Counted from the stretch's first letter, positions 10,905-22,465 are shown. The stretch is 64,000 bases of DNA from Alphaproteobacteria bacterium (GCA_964291265.2 OZ219747.1:2624001-2688000); one strand, 5' to 3'. Notes: generated by a model not told the origin, from the sequence alone. Numbers and translations: made by a program.

Positions 10905-11707
10905 CGATGCCACGACCTGCGCAGCCCGGCACGGCGAGCTTCGACTTCTCCGGCCGCCGAGTTCTTGTCACGGGCGCGAGCCGCGGCATCGGACTTGGCG
11001 TGGCGGAGGGCTTCGTGGCCGCAGGAGCGGACGTCACGATCCTGGCCGTTGACGACGAAGTCGAGGAAACGGCGAAGATGCTCGCCGGCCTTCATGACCG
11101 GGAGGTCGGCGCGATCGTCTGCGACATCGCAGACCGGGATGAGGTCCGCGTTGCGCTGGCGCCGTTCGATCGCATCGATGTCCTCGTCAACAATGCGGGG
11201 CTGGAACTCGTGACGCCGATGTCCGATCGCTCCGAGGAAATGGTCTCGACCTTCGAGAGGATCGTCGAGGTCAATGTTCTGGGGACGTATCACGTGACGA
11301 GGACGGCGCTCCCCAGGATGGGGCCTGGTGGGCGAATCATCATCACGTCCTCCATGTGGGGAAAGACGGCGGTCGGCGAATTCAGCGCCTACTGTTCGTC
11401 CAAGCATGCGAACATCGGATTCATGCGCAGTCTCGCCAGGGAGCTCGGACCGCGCGGAATCAGCGTGAATGCCGTGTGTCCCGGCTGGGTTCGCACCGCA
11501 GCGGCGATGCGCACCCTGTCGGTCATGGCAAGACGCGACGCAAGGGAAGAAAGCGAACTCCTGCGAGAGATCGTCGATGGGCAGGCATTGGAGGGGCTGA
11601 TGGAGCCTGAAGACATGGCCGCGACCTACCTGTTTCTGGCTTCCGATGCGGCCAGGAACATCACGGGACAAGCCATCAGCGTGGATCGCGGAGAATTCGT
11701 CGGCTGA
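10901..11707 (+). CDS. SDR-family oxidoreductase
   Basis: TGASRGIG, NNAG, YCSSK. Confidence 0.9.
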   Translation: MTMPRPAQPGTASFDFSGRRVLVTGASRGIGLGVAEGFVAAGADVTILAVDDEVEETAKMLAGLHDREVGAIVCDIADRDEVRVALAPFDRIDVLVNNAGLELVTPMSDRSEEMVSTFERIVEVNVLGTYHVTRTALPRMGPGGRIIITSSMWGKTAVGEFSAYCSSKHANIGFMRSLARELGPRGISVNAVCPGWVRTAAAMRTLSVMARRDAREESELLREIVDGQALEGLMEPEDMAATYLFLASDAARNITGQAISVDRGEFVG

Positions 11708-11945
11708 GCGCGGATCCTGGTGGAACGGTGGCGTTCGGCACCGACGCCACAGTCATGACCGGCCAGGCGATCGGTCCGGTCGGCGGTTCGGTCATGTCCG
11801 GGGGGCTGCGGATCCAGGACGTCCGTTGGTAGAGCGGATTCCCTTCGAATGCCCCGAGCCACCGTTGAAGAGCTTGGAGCGTGGCCGGAGCTTCGGGTGT
11901 CCCTGGACGAGCATCGAATCTGGCCGGACCGATTGAGTACTCGTT

Positions 11946-12739
11946 ATGCGCAGGATCCTGGTTCTCGTTCTCGCCATCAGCGTGCTGACGCTGGCGGGCT
12001 GCTGGTCCATGGGAGTCATCGAGTCGTACACTGACAAGGTCCGGTTCGCCATGCGAGCACCGTCTGGGGAGGGGCCCTTGCCTTCAGTGATCCTGATGCA
12101 CGGTTGCAGTGGTCTTGGTGGTTCTGTGGGACGGGGCATGGCGCAACATGCCGACCACCTTGTCGACGCAGGCTTCATCGCGTTGATCCTGGACAGCTTT
12201 TCGTCGCGCGGGATCGACTCGACCTGTACGTCATCGAGAGGGATGGCCGAATCGACGCTGTTTCGCCAGTACGATGCAATTCAGGCCCTGCAGCACGTGC
12301 AGGGCCTGCCCAACGCCGCCCCGAGCAACGTGTTCCTGATGGGCCAGAGCGAGGGCGGAAGCGTCGCTGTCAAGCTTGCCGCCCACCACTCGGCCTCGGT
12401 CGTCAAGGATGCCGCTCTGGTCGAGGCTTCAGGGCAGCCCTGGTTTGCGGCAATCGTGGCCTACGATCCATGGAGTCCGCACGTTCCGAAGCGGCTCGAC
12501 ACTCCTCTGCTCGTTCTCTCCGGCGAAAGGGATGATTGGACACCATCGCAGGGCTGCGTCTGGCAGAAGGCAGTGTCAAGGGTGCGCCCTACGAAGTCAC
12601 GATCTACGAGGACGCTCATCACAGTTTCGATCTGCCGCTGCCGCACTACGCCGGCCATACCGACATCGGGGGACATCCAGAGGCCGCGGCCGATTCGCGG
12701 ACGAGGATGGTCACGTGGTTTCGCGAGCATAGGCGATAG
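11946..12739 (+). pseudogene. Dienelactone hydrolase-family alpha/beta hydrolase, frameshifted near 12560
   Basis: HGCSG, GQSEGG and GERDDW in one frame; catalytic AHHSFD only in the frame ending at 12739. Confidence 0.7.
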
Positions 12740-12917
12740 GCGGCATCGCACGAATCCATCGTCGGCTTCGCTCCACCGGGGTGAAGGAACGCAGCGCATC
12801 ATGATCGGGCCGAGGGAGGCGCTGATGGTGCCCCGTGCGAATCCGCCGTTCCTGGAACCTGTCGCCGCCACCGGACCGGCGCACCGAACAACCGGGGCAA
12901 TGCTGTTCGCAAAGGAG

Positions 12918-13520
12918 TCAGATCCTGTCGGCGAAGGCGGAGATGCCACGCTTGTGATGGAGGATCTCGTCTCGGCCCAGACCGTGGAGTTCATGGGGAA
13001 AGACCAGCCAGCTCTCGGTCTTATGGACGTAGAAGTCCGGCACGCGATCGGTGCGGTTGTTGTCCGGCTTGTAGTAGACCGTGGCAATGCGCGTGTCGTC
13101 GGGCATGTTGCGGCGGGCCTTGCGGCGAAGATGGGAGATGACCGCACTGATGCTGAGGCCGCTATCGAAGACGTCATCGACGATGAGCAGGGCCTGGTCG
13201 GCATTCACGTTGTCGATGATGTACTGCATGCCGTGCACGCGGACCTTCTCTCGTTCCTGCGCGATGGACCGGTAGGAGGATGTGCGGATGGCGATGTGGT
13301 CGGTTTCCACACCGAAGAAATCGAGCAGTTCCTGAACGGCGATGCCAACCGGCGCTCCTCCGCGCCATACGCCGACAATGAAGGTCGGACGGAAGCCGCT
13401 GTCGAGGATCTGCACGCCCAGGCGAAATGAATCCTCGAGCAGGGATTCGGCGGTGATATAGTGCTTGTCCACCGCCGCCGGTTCGACAGGTGATCGGACT
13501 GCCGACGCCGTTCGTGCCAT
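12918..13520 (-). CDS. Purine phosphoribosyltransferase (type I PRT)
   Basis: GVWRGG, LLIVDDVFDSG, WLVFPHE. Confidence 0.85.
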   Translation of the reverse strand: MARTASAVRSPVEPAAVDKHYITAESLLEDSFRLGVQILDSGFRPTFIVGVWRGGAPVGIAVQELLDFFGVETDHIAIRTSSYRSIAQEREKVRVHGMQYIIDNVNADQALLIVDDVFDSGLSISAVISHLRRKARRNMPDDTRIATVYYKPDNNRTDRVPDFYVHKTESWLVFPHELHGLGRDEILHHKRGISAFADRI

Positions 13521-13651
13521 GATCTGCGAACTCAATCCTGGAATGTCGGGGAGGGTTCAGATCTCTTCAGCCGTGGCGGCGGCGATGGTCATGTCGGCGA
13601 TACCGTTCAGCGCGATCCATCAGCAATGCCCTCCGGCGGGAGGTCGGGGCA

Positions 13652-14028
13652 TCAGACGACCCGGTCACCGGCATGGGACGAGGTGACCGCAAACCGGTAG
13701 CCCCCGGGTCCGTCGATGTGGAAGGTGTCGTGAATGCGGCCGCGTTCGATGTCGGTTGCGGTGACACCGGCGGTCGCGAAGTCATCGTGTGCCGCATCAA
13801 TGTCGTCGACCATGAGATCGAAGGGCGCCGCGGTACCGGGTTTCACCGTTTCGCAGGCACGGCTTACCACGAGATGAGTGCCACCGCGCAACTCGAGAAC
13901 TCCGAAGTCGCCGCCGCGAAAGATGTCGCGCATGCCGTGGCGCACGAAGAAGGCGCAGGCGTCGTCGACATCTTCCACCTCGATCTCACATGCCCCACCG
14001 CCAGTTTCGGTCTTCCATCGTCGCCCAC
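13652..14028 (-). pseudogene. VOC/glyoxalase-family protein with 1-nt frameshift near 13983
   Basis: RBS AAGGAG + GTG gives MGDDGRPKLAVGHV; continues in another frame as IEVEDVD..ELRGGTHL..FDLMVDDID. Confidence 0.6.
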
Positions 14029-14099
14029 CGCAGTCTCCTTCCCGGTTCGTTCAGACGCCGATCATACGGCACGTTGATGACGGCAGGCCAATCGGCGGC

Positions 14100-15338
14100 C
14101 TACAGGGCAGGCTGCATGATCCGCCGCCGCCGGAACGTGGTTTCGCGTCCGGGCATCGGCCGGGAAGGAATCATGCAGGAAAGGGCGAGCGAGATGGCTG
14201 CCATGCCGGCGCCGACGAGAAAGACGGTCATGCGCCCGTCGGCATCGGCGACCCAGATGAGGCCCAGCATCCACGGCATGGTCACCGCTGCGATATGGTT
14301 GATCGTGAAGGAGACGCCAGCGGTCGAAGCAATGTCGCCGGTCTCGGCGATCTTGCGGAAGTAGCTCTTGATGGCGATGGCGAGGGCGAAGAAGAGGTGA
14401 TCAAGGATATAGAGTGCGGCGGCCATCCAGGCGACCTCGACGAACGCATAGGCGACAAAGATGCCGATCAGTCCGACGTACTCCAGGATCAGCGCCGGCC
14501 TTTCGCCCCAATGCATGATGAGGCGTCCTGCCCGCGGAGCCAGCCACATGGCGATGACGTGGTTGGCCGCGAACAGGGCAACGACGGCCTCCGGGCGGTA
14601 GCCGAACTCGGCGACCATGAGGAATGCGGCGAAGCCGATGAAGATCTGGCGGCGTCCGCCGGACATGAACTCCAGCGCGTAGTAGAGCCAGTAGCGTCTG
14701 CGCAGGACGATCGTCATGGTCTGGAATCCGGACTCCCCGAAACGCGGGAAGAACTTCCAGCAGAAGAGACCGAGCCCCAGAGTGGCCGATCCGGAGATCA
14801 GGTAGACGATCCAGTAGGGTGAATCCAGGAACTCGAAGGCGACATAGACCAGGGCGTAGGCGACCAGTGATCCGGCGGCAGCCACGGCGGCCATGCGCCC
14901 CAGGACAAGTGGCAATTCCTCCTTCGACGTCCACTGCATGGAGAGCGACTGCTCCATGGTGGCGAGGTAGTGAAAGCCGGTCGACATCACCAGGGTCGTG
15001 AAATAGAGACCCCAGACCGTGGGCAACAGACCGGTGAGGGCGACTCCCAGGCCCAGGACGCTGAGCGCGAGAATGGCGAAGGTCTGCTGGCGCCAGACAA
15101 GCAGCATGTAGACGGCCGTGAACGCAAGGAAACCGGGTATCTCACGCACGGATTCGAGAATCCCGCGTTCCAGCCCGGTGAAGTCCACGACATCGACCGC
15201 GAAGTTGTTGATCAGCGCCGACCACGGCTCGAAGGCTATGGGGATGGATGCGGCAAAGATCAGCAGCAGGATCTGGGGGCTGCGCCAGCCGTCCTTCAGC
15301 ACCCCCTGCCAGTCACGAAGAAGATGGCGGCTGCGCAT
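14100..15338 (-). CDS. MFS transporter
   Basis: 412 aa, about 12 hydrophobic segments, SVREIPGFLAF. Confidence 0.8.
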   Translation of the reverse strand: MRSRHLLRDWQGVLKDGWRSPQILLLIFAASIPIAFEPWSALINNFAVDVVDFTGLERGILESVREIPGFLAFTAVYMLLVWRQQTFAILALSVLGLGVALTGLLPTVWGLYFTTLVMSTGFHYLATMEQSLSMQWTSKEELPLVLGRMAAVAAAGSLVAYALVYVAFEFLDSPYWIVYLISGSATLGLGLFCWKFFPRFGESGFQTMTIVLRRRYWLYYALEFMSGGRRQIFIGFAAFLMVAEFGYRPEAVVALFAANHVIAMWLAPRAGRLIMHWGERPALILEYVGLIGIFVAYAFVEVAWMAAALYILDHLFFALAIAIKSYFRKIAETGDIASTAGVSFTINHIAAVTMPWMLGLIWVADADGRMTVFLVGAGMAAISLALSCMIPSRPMPGRETTFRRRRIMQPAL

Positions 15339-15341
15339 GGT

Positions 15342-16145
15342 TCAGCCGCCAAAGCTGTAGGAGTCCATGTCGAACCGCGGTTGGCCTGTGACACCTGTCA
15401 GGCCGCCGTCGCAGACGAGCATGGTGGAGTTGACGAAGCTGGCCTCGTCACTGGCGAGAAAGCAGATGGCGGCGGCACATTCCTCCGGTGTTCCAATGCG
15501 TCCGAGAGGAATCGATCGGGCATAGGCGGCAGCCTGTTCGGGCGCCGTCTCGAGGCTTCCCAGCATGCGCCGGGTGCCGATGGGGCCAGGACAGATCGCG
15601 TTGGCGCGAATGTTGTAGCGCCCGACTTCCCAGGCGAGGCACTGGGTGAGGTTCCAGACCGCCGCCTTCGCGGCGTTGTAGGCGCCCCATCCGGGGTCAC
15701 CTGCAAGGCCGGAGATCGACGACATGTTGACGATGGCGCCGCCACCCGTCGTCTTCATCCGGCGCACCGCGAGGCGGCAGCAGATGACGGTCGAGAGCAC
15801 GTTGAGACGCCACAGACGTTCCCAGTCGTCGCTGGCGAGGTCCTCGATGGTGCCGAACATGGAGTTTCCGGCGATATGGATCGAGGCGTCGAGCCGGCCG
15901 CCCGACGTGTCGTCGAGTGTCCCGAAGGCTGCTTCGATCCCGGACTCCTCCATGACGTCGGCCACGATCGCCGTCACGTTTCCACCCGCATTCGTCAACG
16001 GATCGACTGCACCCGCGAGGTCGCTGGCCTGGTGGTCCACGGCGACGACCGTGGCGCCTTCGCCCGCCAGTCGTTCCATCGTTGCCCTGCCGATGCCGTT
16101 GGCAGCGCCCGTCACGAGAGCCACCCTGTCTTCAAACCGGTCCAT
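15342..16145 (-). CDS. SDR-family oxidoreductase
   Basis: TGAANGIG, YNAAK, NAICPG. Confidence 0.9.
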   Translation of the reverse strand: MDRFEDRVALVTGAANGIGRATMERLAGEGATVVAVDHQASDLAGAVDPLTNAGGNVTAIVADVMEESGIEAAFGTLDDTSGGRLDASIHIAGNSMFGTIEDLASDDWERLWRLNVLSTVICCRLAVRRMKTTGGGAIVNMSSISGLAGDPGWGAYNAAKAAVWNLTQCLAWEVGRYNIRANAICPGPIGTRRMLGSLETAPEQAAAYARSIPLGRIGTPEECAAAICFLASDEASFVNSTMLVCDGGLTGVTGQPRFDMDSYSFGG

Positions 16146-16458
16146 GGTCACGACATAGCGCCTCCTGCTCACCGACGCCAGATATTCCGCATGGGGTGCT
16201 CCGGATGAGCCATCCTCTCCTGTGAGGCGGACTGCGGGGAATGGGGGTGCTTGCCTCGTCTCTTCCGGCGCCGGTGACAGGGCCGACATTGATGTCGAGA
16301 TCGAGAACCATCTGCCCATTCGGTTGATGATCTCTGCTGTCGGCGCGCTTCGTTGGGGAGGAAACGCCGAGCCGTCCCCGTGACAAATCATCCCGTTGCC
16401 GGCTGGTGCACCCACATGATGGCACGTGGGCATGGTTATAAGCGTTCGGTGTAACTAC

Positions 16459-17938
16459 TCACCCCTTGTTAGGGTCTGGTTGTCCGTAGTGCTCGTTGAG
16501 GATGTCTACGGCCTTTCCGTCGAGGGCGATGTGGATGGCGACGTGAGGGTTGTAGCCGAGTGCGTCCATGGTGGTGAGGTAGCTTGAGCCGCGGCACCAT
16601 GCCTTGGCGTGGGGCATGGTGCGGAAACATCCGGACACCTTGATCTTGACCTTTGTCATCCTGATCTTCTGCTCTCCGGTATTATTTGTGAAACTGACAT
16701 TGGGGTCCTTCATGAAGCGCAGGACGGACTTCTCGTGTTTCACGAGACGTTCATGCAGGTTGTGCGCGTCGGACTTTGCGATGCGTCCCCGTTTTCCTCA
16801 TCGTCCGTGGCGGGATGTCGGGCAGTTCCCTGGCGCCCTGGGTGAGGATGGTGCGGTAGCGCTTGCGCACGGCCCGGCGGTCGGCCTCGTTCAAGGTCTT
16901 GGATGCGCTCTTGTTGACCCTGCGGGAGACCTCGCGCAGCAGGCTTTTCATCAGTCGCGCCCAGCGGTAGCCGTTGGACTCGACGACGAAGGTCATCTCG
17001 CGCAGCAGGTGACTGCCGCACAGTTGGTGGCGGCACTGATCGTAGCCCATGTAGGCAGCCCAGCAGTCGTGGATCAGGACGCCCTTGTAGCGCGGGATGA
17101 TGCCGATCTCTTCGATCGCCTCCCGGCCGCGCTTGGGGTGCGGGAACTTGCACGTCAGGGTGCCGTCGGTGACGACATGGAGCCATGGGGTCTTGCCGGC
17201 GACCCGGAAGCCGGTCTCGTCGACATGCAGGACCGGTTGTTGCAGGAGATGGGCCACGGCGGCCTCCTCCCATGATGCGAGGGCATCGTGAAAGCGCCGG
17301 ACATAGCCGAGGCAGGTCGCCTCGGAGAGCTTGATGCCGGAGATCGCGTGCACGAGCGAGACGGCACGACGCAGGGACAGCATCTGGGCGATCAGCAGGT
17401 TGATGACGAGGGCCTGGATGCTGACGCCGTACTGCAGGGGGCCCGGCACGTTGTCTGGGAACCGGCCCTTGGTCCGGGCCCGGCACTTCGGACATTTCTT
17501 GATCTCGGCTTCGACGCGGCGCTCGACGACTTCGAACACGATGTCGTAGAGGACGCGGCACTCCCGGTCGACGGGGTCGACATCGTGGAGGTCGGCGCCG
17601 CAGGCGTCGCAGGCATCGACGGTGATCGTCTCCTCGATGGTGGTCGTGCGCAGGTTGTCGCCCGTCTGCTGGTTCGGTTTCGGGCCCTTGCCGTGGCTCC
17701 CGGTGCGCCTCGCGCTCTCGTCCTTGTCAGTCTGAGATGGCGGCAGACCGGAGTTCCGGCTCGTCTTACGTGTGATCTTCTCCATGAGCACGGTCAGCAA
17801 CAGCTTTATCAGCATCAGCATGCTGCGGAAGAGCTCCTCGCACTCCTGGTTGACCTTGCCTTGCTTGCGGAGATCCTGGAACTGCTTCTGGAAGACGTCG
17901 GCCTCCTGGCGCACAGACGTGCCGTTCACGCTCGCCAT
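16459..17938 (-). pseudogene. IS66 transposase (TnpC), frameshifted near 16800
   Basis: NSGLPPS, CxxC, HVDETG, HQLCGSHLLRE, then FTNN.GEQ.IRM.KVK.KVSGCFR in a second frame. Confidence 0.85.
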
Positions 17939-18362
17939 GACGACGCCTCCACCGCCATGACAGCCGCCAGCACGGCGAGCCGCTCGCCTTCGGGCATCGT
18001 CCGGTAGCGCCGCGCCCAGCTCTCTGCGAGGCGCTTGATGCGCTGGCGGTCGAGCGAGTTCCTGCCCGCACACGTGTGCCAGTGCGGCCGGCCCGGTGCG
18101 AAGTTGAACCACAACTTCTCGGTGACAACGCAGCAGGACTTTCCTACGCTACGGCTGATTTTTCGGGAAGCCGATGAATCGCGCCCGAATCGGCCATCTG
18201 ATCTTTCGCGAGGCCGACGAATCGAGGCCGAATCGGGATGTCCTGGACGGATTCCGTGGCTTCAGTGCCGTCCGCATGGCGACACCGGCAGCGTTTTCGG
18301 CCCGGATGCTTGGTTCTTGATGTTCTAGCAGCGTTCCGGGGTCCCCGGACGCTCAAGGCGTC

Positions 18363-20404
18363 TCAGGGCCGGGTCAGGGCGTTGATGGCCTCGCGACGGT
18401 CCAGTTGTAGGCGGCGCCGGGTTTCGGCGAGGCTTTCGGCCTCGCGGCGGTTGGCGAAGATCACCGCGAGCGCGATGTTGTTGAGGCTGGCCCGGTTCGC
18501 CGGGCCGTTGTCGGTGCGGGTCAGGCAGGCGTCTTCGCCGAAGACGCAATCCCTTTGTCGATGGTTCAGATTTTCCACGGCCCAGTGGCGGCGGTTCAGT
18601 CGCAACAACTCTTCCGGCGACGTGGCCCCCGTATCGAGAGAGGTGATGATGTAATCGGTTTCCGTGTAATCCTTCTCTTCTTGCTTCCCGGCATCGCCGG
18701 AGCCTTTCTTCCCGGCATCGCCGGGGCCTTTCTTCCCGGCATCGCCGGGGCCTTTCTTCCCGGCATCGCCGGGGCCTTTCTTCCCGGCATCGCCGGGGCC
18801 TTTCTTCCCGGCATCGCCGGAGCCTTCCTTCCCGGCATCGCCGGGGCCTTCCTTCCCGGCATCGCCGGAGCCTTCCTTCCCGGCATCGCCGGGGCCTTCC
18901 TTCCCGGCATCGCCGGAGCCTTTCTTCCACGGCTCCCGATAGCGGGTGATGCGGGCGACCTGACGGACGCCCGGATAGTTGATCAGACCGTCCAACGGGA
19001 CGAGGACGCTGATCGAACGCTGCTCCAGTCGACCGTGCGCCTTGTCGAACGGCTCCGTGAAGTGGCCGGTAGCGTCTTTTTGCCAATTGATGCTGTCGAG
19101 GATGGCGAAGGTCTCCGGAGCGTTGCCCTTGACGACGAAGACGTAATCCGCGCGTTGTGTGATCAGCTTTGCGGTATGGCGTGTCGTGTGCAGCGCGTCG
19201 AGGGTGATCACCTTGCCGCCGATGTCGCTGCGCTCCAGGAGATCGTGCATGGCCGCCAGTTCGCCGCCTTCGTCGTTGAAGTTCAGGAGGGAAAAGGGCG
19301 CGCCGGTCTCATGGTCGACAAGGGCCACGGTCTCGTGACGGCCATCGCCGTTGCGGTTGGCGCCGCGGATGCGCTTGCCGTCGGCGGCGAGTGCACGGGC
19401 GAGGTGAAGCCGAGGCCGGGACCAGCGGGTGAGCACATCCTCCAGAGCCTCGGGGTCGATCGACTGGATAACCCGGTGGATGGTGGACTTGGAGACGGGC
19501 TCGCGAAGCCCCGTCTTCGGGTTAAGCCACGCGCCGATGGCCTCCAACTCCTCCTGGGACAGGGACCGCGCGAACTGCGCGGCGGCGACACAGCCCTTCA
19601 TGTTGGCGAACTCGGCGAGCACGTGCACGGTGAGCACCGATGCCGCGGTATGCTTCCTTCCCTGCGCCCGGCGGAAGTCGGGAATGGCCGCGCTTAAGCG
19701 TAGAGCGAGCGCAGCACCTTGGGGTCCCGGGGCGCCAGTTCGGGGCATGAGGGCGGCGCCACGTCGGGGGGAAGCGGCAGTGGGCTCGACAGCAGCGCCC
19801 GGGCATCGCGCCTCAGTGCCGTAACGTAGATATCCTTGGGCTTGCCGTGAGGATCGGTGTAACGCCCGTTGGAGCGGGCAAACCCCTTGGTCTCACCCAG
19901 ACACGTCCAGCCCGCAGCCTTCAACATCGTGCCGGCAAAGATCTCCGGATCGCAGAACGTCTCCGCCAGCAGCACCCCGTGGCCGTGCACCTGCAGCCAA
20001 TCGTCACAGAGCCGGCGCGTCATGCACGCAAGGAAACAGGAAGCAAGGTTCGCAAACACCCCGGGCTTGGAGAGGATCAAGAACCGCGTGTTGTTGGCTA
20101 CCATCGAGAGCCGCTGGAACTGCTGCTCCGGCTTCCAGCCGGTCCACTGGTCGCGGGGAGCGCACTTGAAGGCGCCGTTCTGCCACGCCGCCAGCCCCAG
20201 CCAATGGCCCCTGAAGGTCGCAAGGTAGCGCAGACCGCGACCCGCCAGGCGACGGAAGCCGAGATAGTGGTGCTTGTTCATCAGCGCGTCCCACAGCGGA
20301 CGCTCCTCCGGCCTCGCCAGGCGAACATCGACCTCAGACAGGGAAAAACCCTCAGGTGCTTCCTGATGGATCGGGACAGCTTCCATGAGCTTGCGAATCG
20401 ACAT
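18363..20404 (-). pseudogene. DUF4338 (DruA-like)-ISAs1 transposase fusion, frameshifted near 19700
   Basis: N-part HHYLGF, RD.W.GW, NN.RFLIL, ETF.DP; C-part DGKRIRG, TLDALHT, VKGNAP, HGRLEQR, HWAVEN.NH..RD..FGED. Confidence 0.8.
18687..18926 (-). repeat. 10 x 24-bp in-frame tandem repeat encoding K(K/E)G(P/S)GDAG
   Basis: Unit cccggcatcgccgg(a/g)gcctt(t/c)ctt on + strand, 240 bp. Confidence 0.95.
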
Positions 20405-21505
20405 GACCGGACCGTCGCACATCCCAAGCGGGATGGCCAGCGGAAAATGTCCGCGCGCGTGCAACATACGAACGCCTGACGTCAAGTGAAATCAAGCGAA
20501 TTCCAGCGTGGGAAGGCCTTGGACAACGCAGGCCTGGTTGTTGACCTGGATCTCGGCCGAGCGCCAGCCGGCGAGGTGCGTGTCGTAGAGCCGCGAGGGA
20601 TAGCCGGAGATCATCACCTGGCAGGGCAGCGACGTCAGGATGTCGAGGAGCGCAACATGGTCATCGTCCGTGCAGTCGAAGCGGTAGCGGCGCTGCGACC
20701 GGCGCGTCGACTGCACGTAAGGCGGGTCGCAGTAGACCAGCTCGCGGCCCTGGAAGGCGAAGGTCTCGAGAAAACGCAGGGCGCAGCCTTGGTGAAGCTC
20801 CACCGGATAGTCACAGCGGAAGCTGTCGATCGCCCGGCGGTTGAGGTCAATGCCGATGCTGCGTAGCGCCGGAGGCTTGCGCTTCATGATCGCGCCGCCC
20901 CCAAGGAACGCCTCGATGTACACGTCATGCGGCGGCATGGCCGCGACGATCGCCTGGCTCAGACCCGTCGTCGCCTTCGATCCATACCATGCCGCCATCA
21001 ATATCTCCGACGCAATCCGCCCCGATGGCCTGCATGTAGAGCGCCCCTCCTACAATGTCAAGCGCATATCTCCAGAGGATTGGAAAGGCAGCCAACGGAA
21101 CCCGCCCCACCGGACAGAACGGTTGACACGCAACCTCGGCGCGGGGTGCCGGATCACGTCGCAGCCCCCTCCCCATAAGGCCGGAACGTGGAGCTGAAGC
21201 CGAAGATCGATCCGCTTCTTGTCAGTCGGAACACGCACATCCGATCATCGGCAGCGAGCCAGTGAAGGCGGCAAGAGAAAATGCCGGATCCGAACCCGTC
21301 AGGAAAAACCATTCGTCATCAGTAGGGGGGTGAGTAGTTACCGTTCGGTTACGCAGTCATGGGCTGGCGAGGGCGCGGGGCTTAGCAAGCCAACGACATT
21401 CGACTTCCAGAGCGTCACGCACGACTGCGCGATGTCCCGGCGAGGATTGAACAGTGGGATTGTCTCGCCGCATCGCGTATCCTCGGCGCATATCCGGGAG
21501 GACCG

Positions 21506-21972
21506 ATGAACGCCGTCGAGATCGAGGAAGCGGTTTCCACGCTGGCCGACCGGCCCTTCGAGGCCGGGGAGTGCTCCTTCGCCTTCCTCCGGTGTTTCGG
21601 CAACAAAGCGACGACACTCAAGCGGTTGCGCGCCGACGTCTCGAACGGTTCCGACATCGGCGGCGTGCTTCAGCGCAGTACGCCAACGCGCGGCTTGATC
21701 CGACCTTCCTGATGGCCGAAATCGAGATCGTCGCTGCTTACCGGCTCTGCAATGTCGATTGTGGCGGGCTGGAGACGCTCAGCCACCGGATTTTCGCATC
21801 GGCCCGTCTGGATATCGAGATCGAAAACCGCTTCGACAATACCGTCATGCCGCGCGAGTGGTTCCTGGTGCCTCTCGACGCTATCGACGATGCTGTCGTG
21901 AAGATCAGGAAGGAGACGATCAAGCAAGACGTTTACGATTCGGACTCGGCTTCCTTCGTGCGGAGGCCGTGA
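21506..21972 (+). pseudogene. Collapsed restriction-modification locus: N-terminus of MmeI/YeeA-like methylase joined to C-terminus of T5orf172/YeeC-like nuclease
   Basis: MNAVEIEEAVS.LA..PF....F.FL..FGNK.TTLKRLR followed directly by ANARLDPTFLMA.IEIV...RLDIEI..RF...V.PREWFLVPL. Confidence 0.65.
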
Positions 21973-22107
21973 TGAGCTCTCTGATCGTGATCGGCAGCGT
22001 CGTGCCCCGGACAACGCGGCCACGGCCCGAAGGCCAAGTTCATTCGCTGGACGCGCCTCCTTCGTCACGGACCCGACGGGACCAAGCCATCGACCCGGGA
22101 GGACATG

Positions 22108-22230
22108 ATGACCGACACACTGATCGACCGGAACCCGGACATCTTCGGCGGAAGGTCCGCGTCCGCGGGCACGCGAGTTCCGGTGCGCATTCTGATGGAG
22201 CACCTCGCGGCGAGGGACCGACTGCCCCAC
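22108..22230 (+). pseudogene. DUF433 (antitoxin-like) fragment
   Basis: IDRNPDIFGG....GTRVPVRILMEHL, then similarity breaks. Confidence 0.55.
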
Positions 22231-22465
22231 CGTGTCGCTGTGCCGGGCGATGAAGCTGCTGGAACAGGCAACGACTATGCTGGCATCGGAGAGCGACGAA
22301 ACTGCTGCTTGAAGAACCCGTGGCGAGGGCGGCCCGCGGGGCATTGCAGCCGCTGGCGTCGGCGGGGTGGATGTGGTGCCGGTGGAGACCTCCCTGGCAT
22401 GCATGCCATGCTCCAGAATGAGCCACTGACCGAGAGTATCTTGGTCGAACGGAGAGAGCGCGCCC

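Larger units (their letters stand above)
18134..20521 (-). mobile_element. ISAs1-family element
   Basis: IRs CAGGACTTTCCTACGCT / CAAGGCCTTCCCACGCT; 10-bp TSD GACAACGCAG at 18124-18133 and 20522-20531. Confidence 0.9.
17926..20998 (-). pseudogene. Dam/D12-class N6-adenine DNA methyltransferase split by ISAs1
   Basis: WYGSK, YIEAFLGGGA, YCDPPY; removing 18134-20521 plus one TSD rejoins NQACVV-TEKLWFNF in frame; its stop overlaps the transposase start. Confidence 0.8.
16451..21341 (-). mobile_element. IS66-family element (ISBst12-like, IS66a) carrying a DNA adenine methylase; contains nested ISAs1
   Basis: 15-bp perfect terminal IRs GTAACTACTCACCCC; 8-bp TSD CGTTCGGT at 16443-16450 and 21342-21349. 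Confidence 0.9.

Noticed and set aside
11946-13430. 494-aa ORF as one real protein
   Set aside because: Frameshift read-through that overlaps the opposite-strand phosphoribosyltransferase
18687-18926. 24-bp repeats as CRISPR
   Set aside because: Head-to-tail with no spacers, and in frame within a transposase
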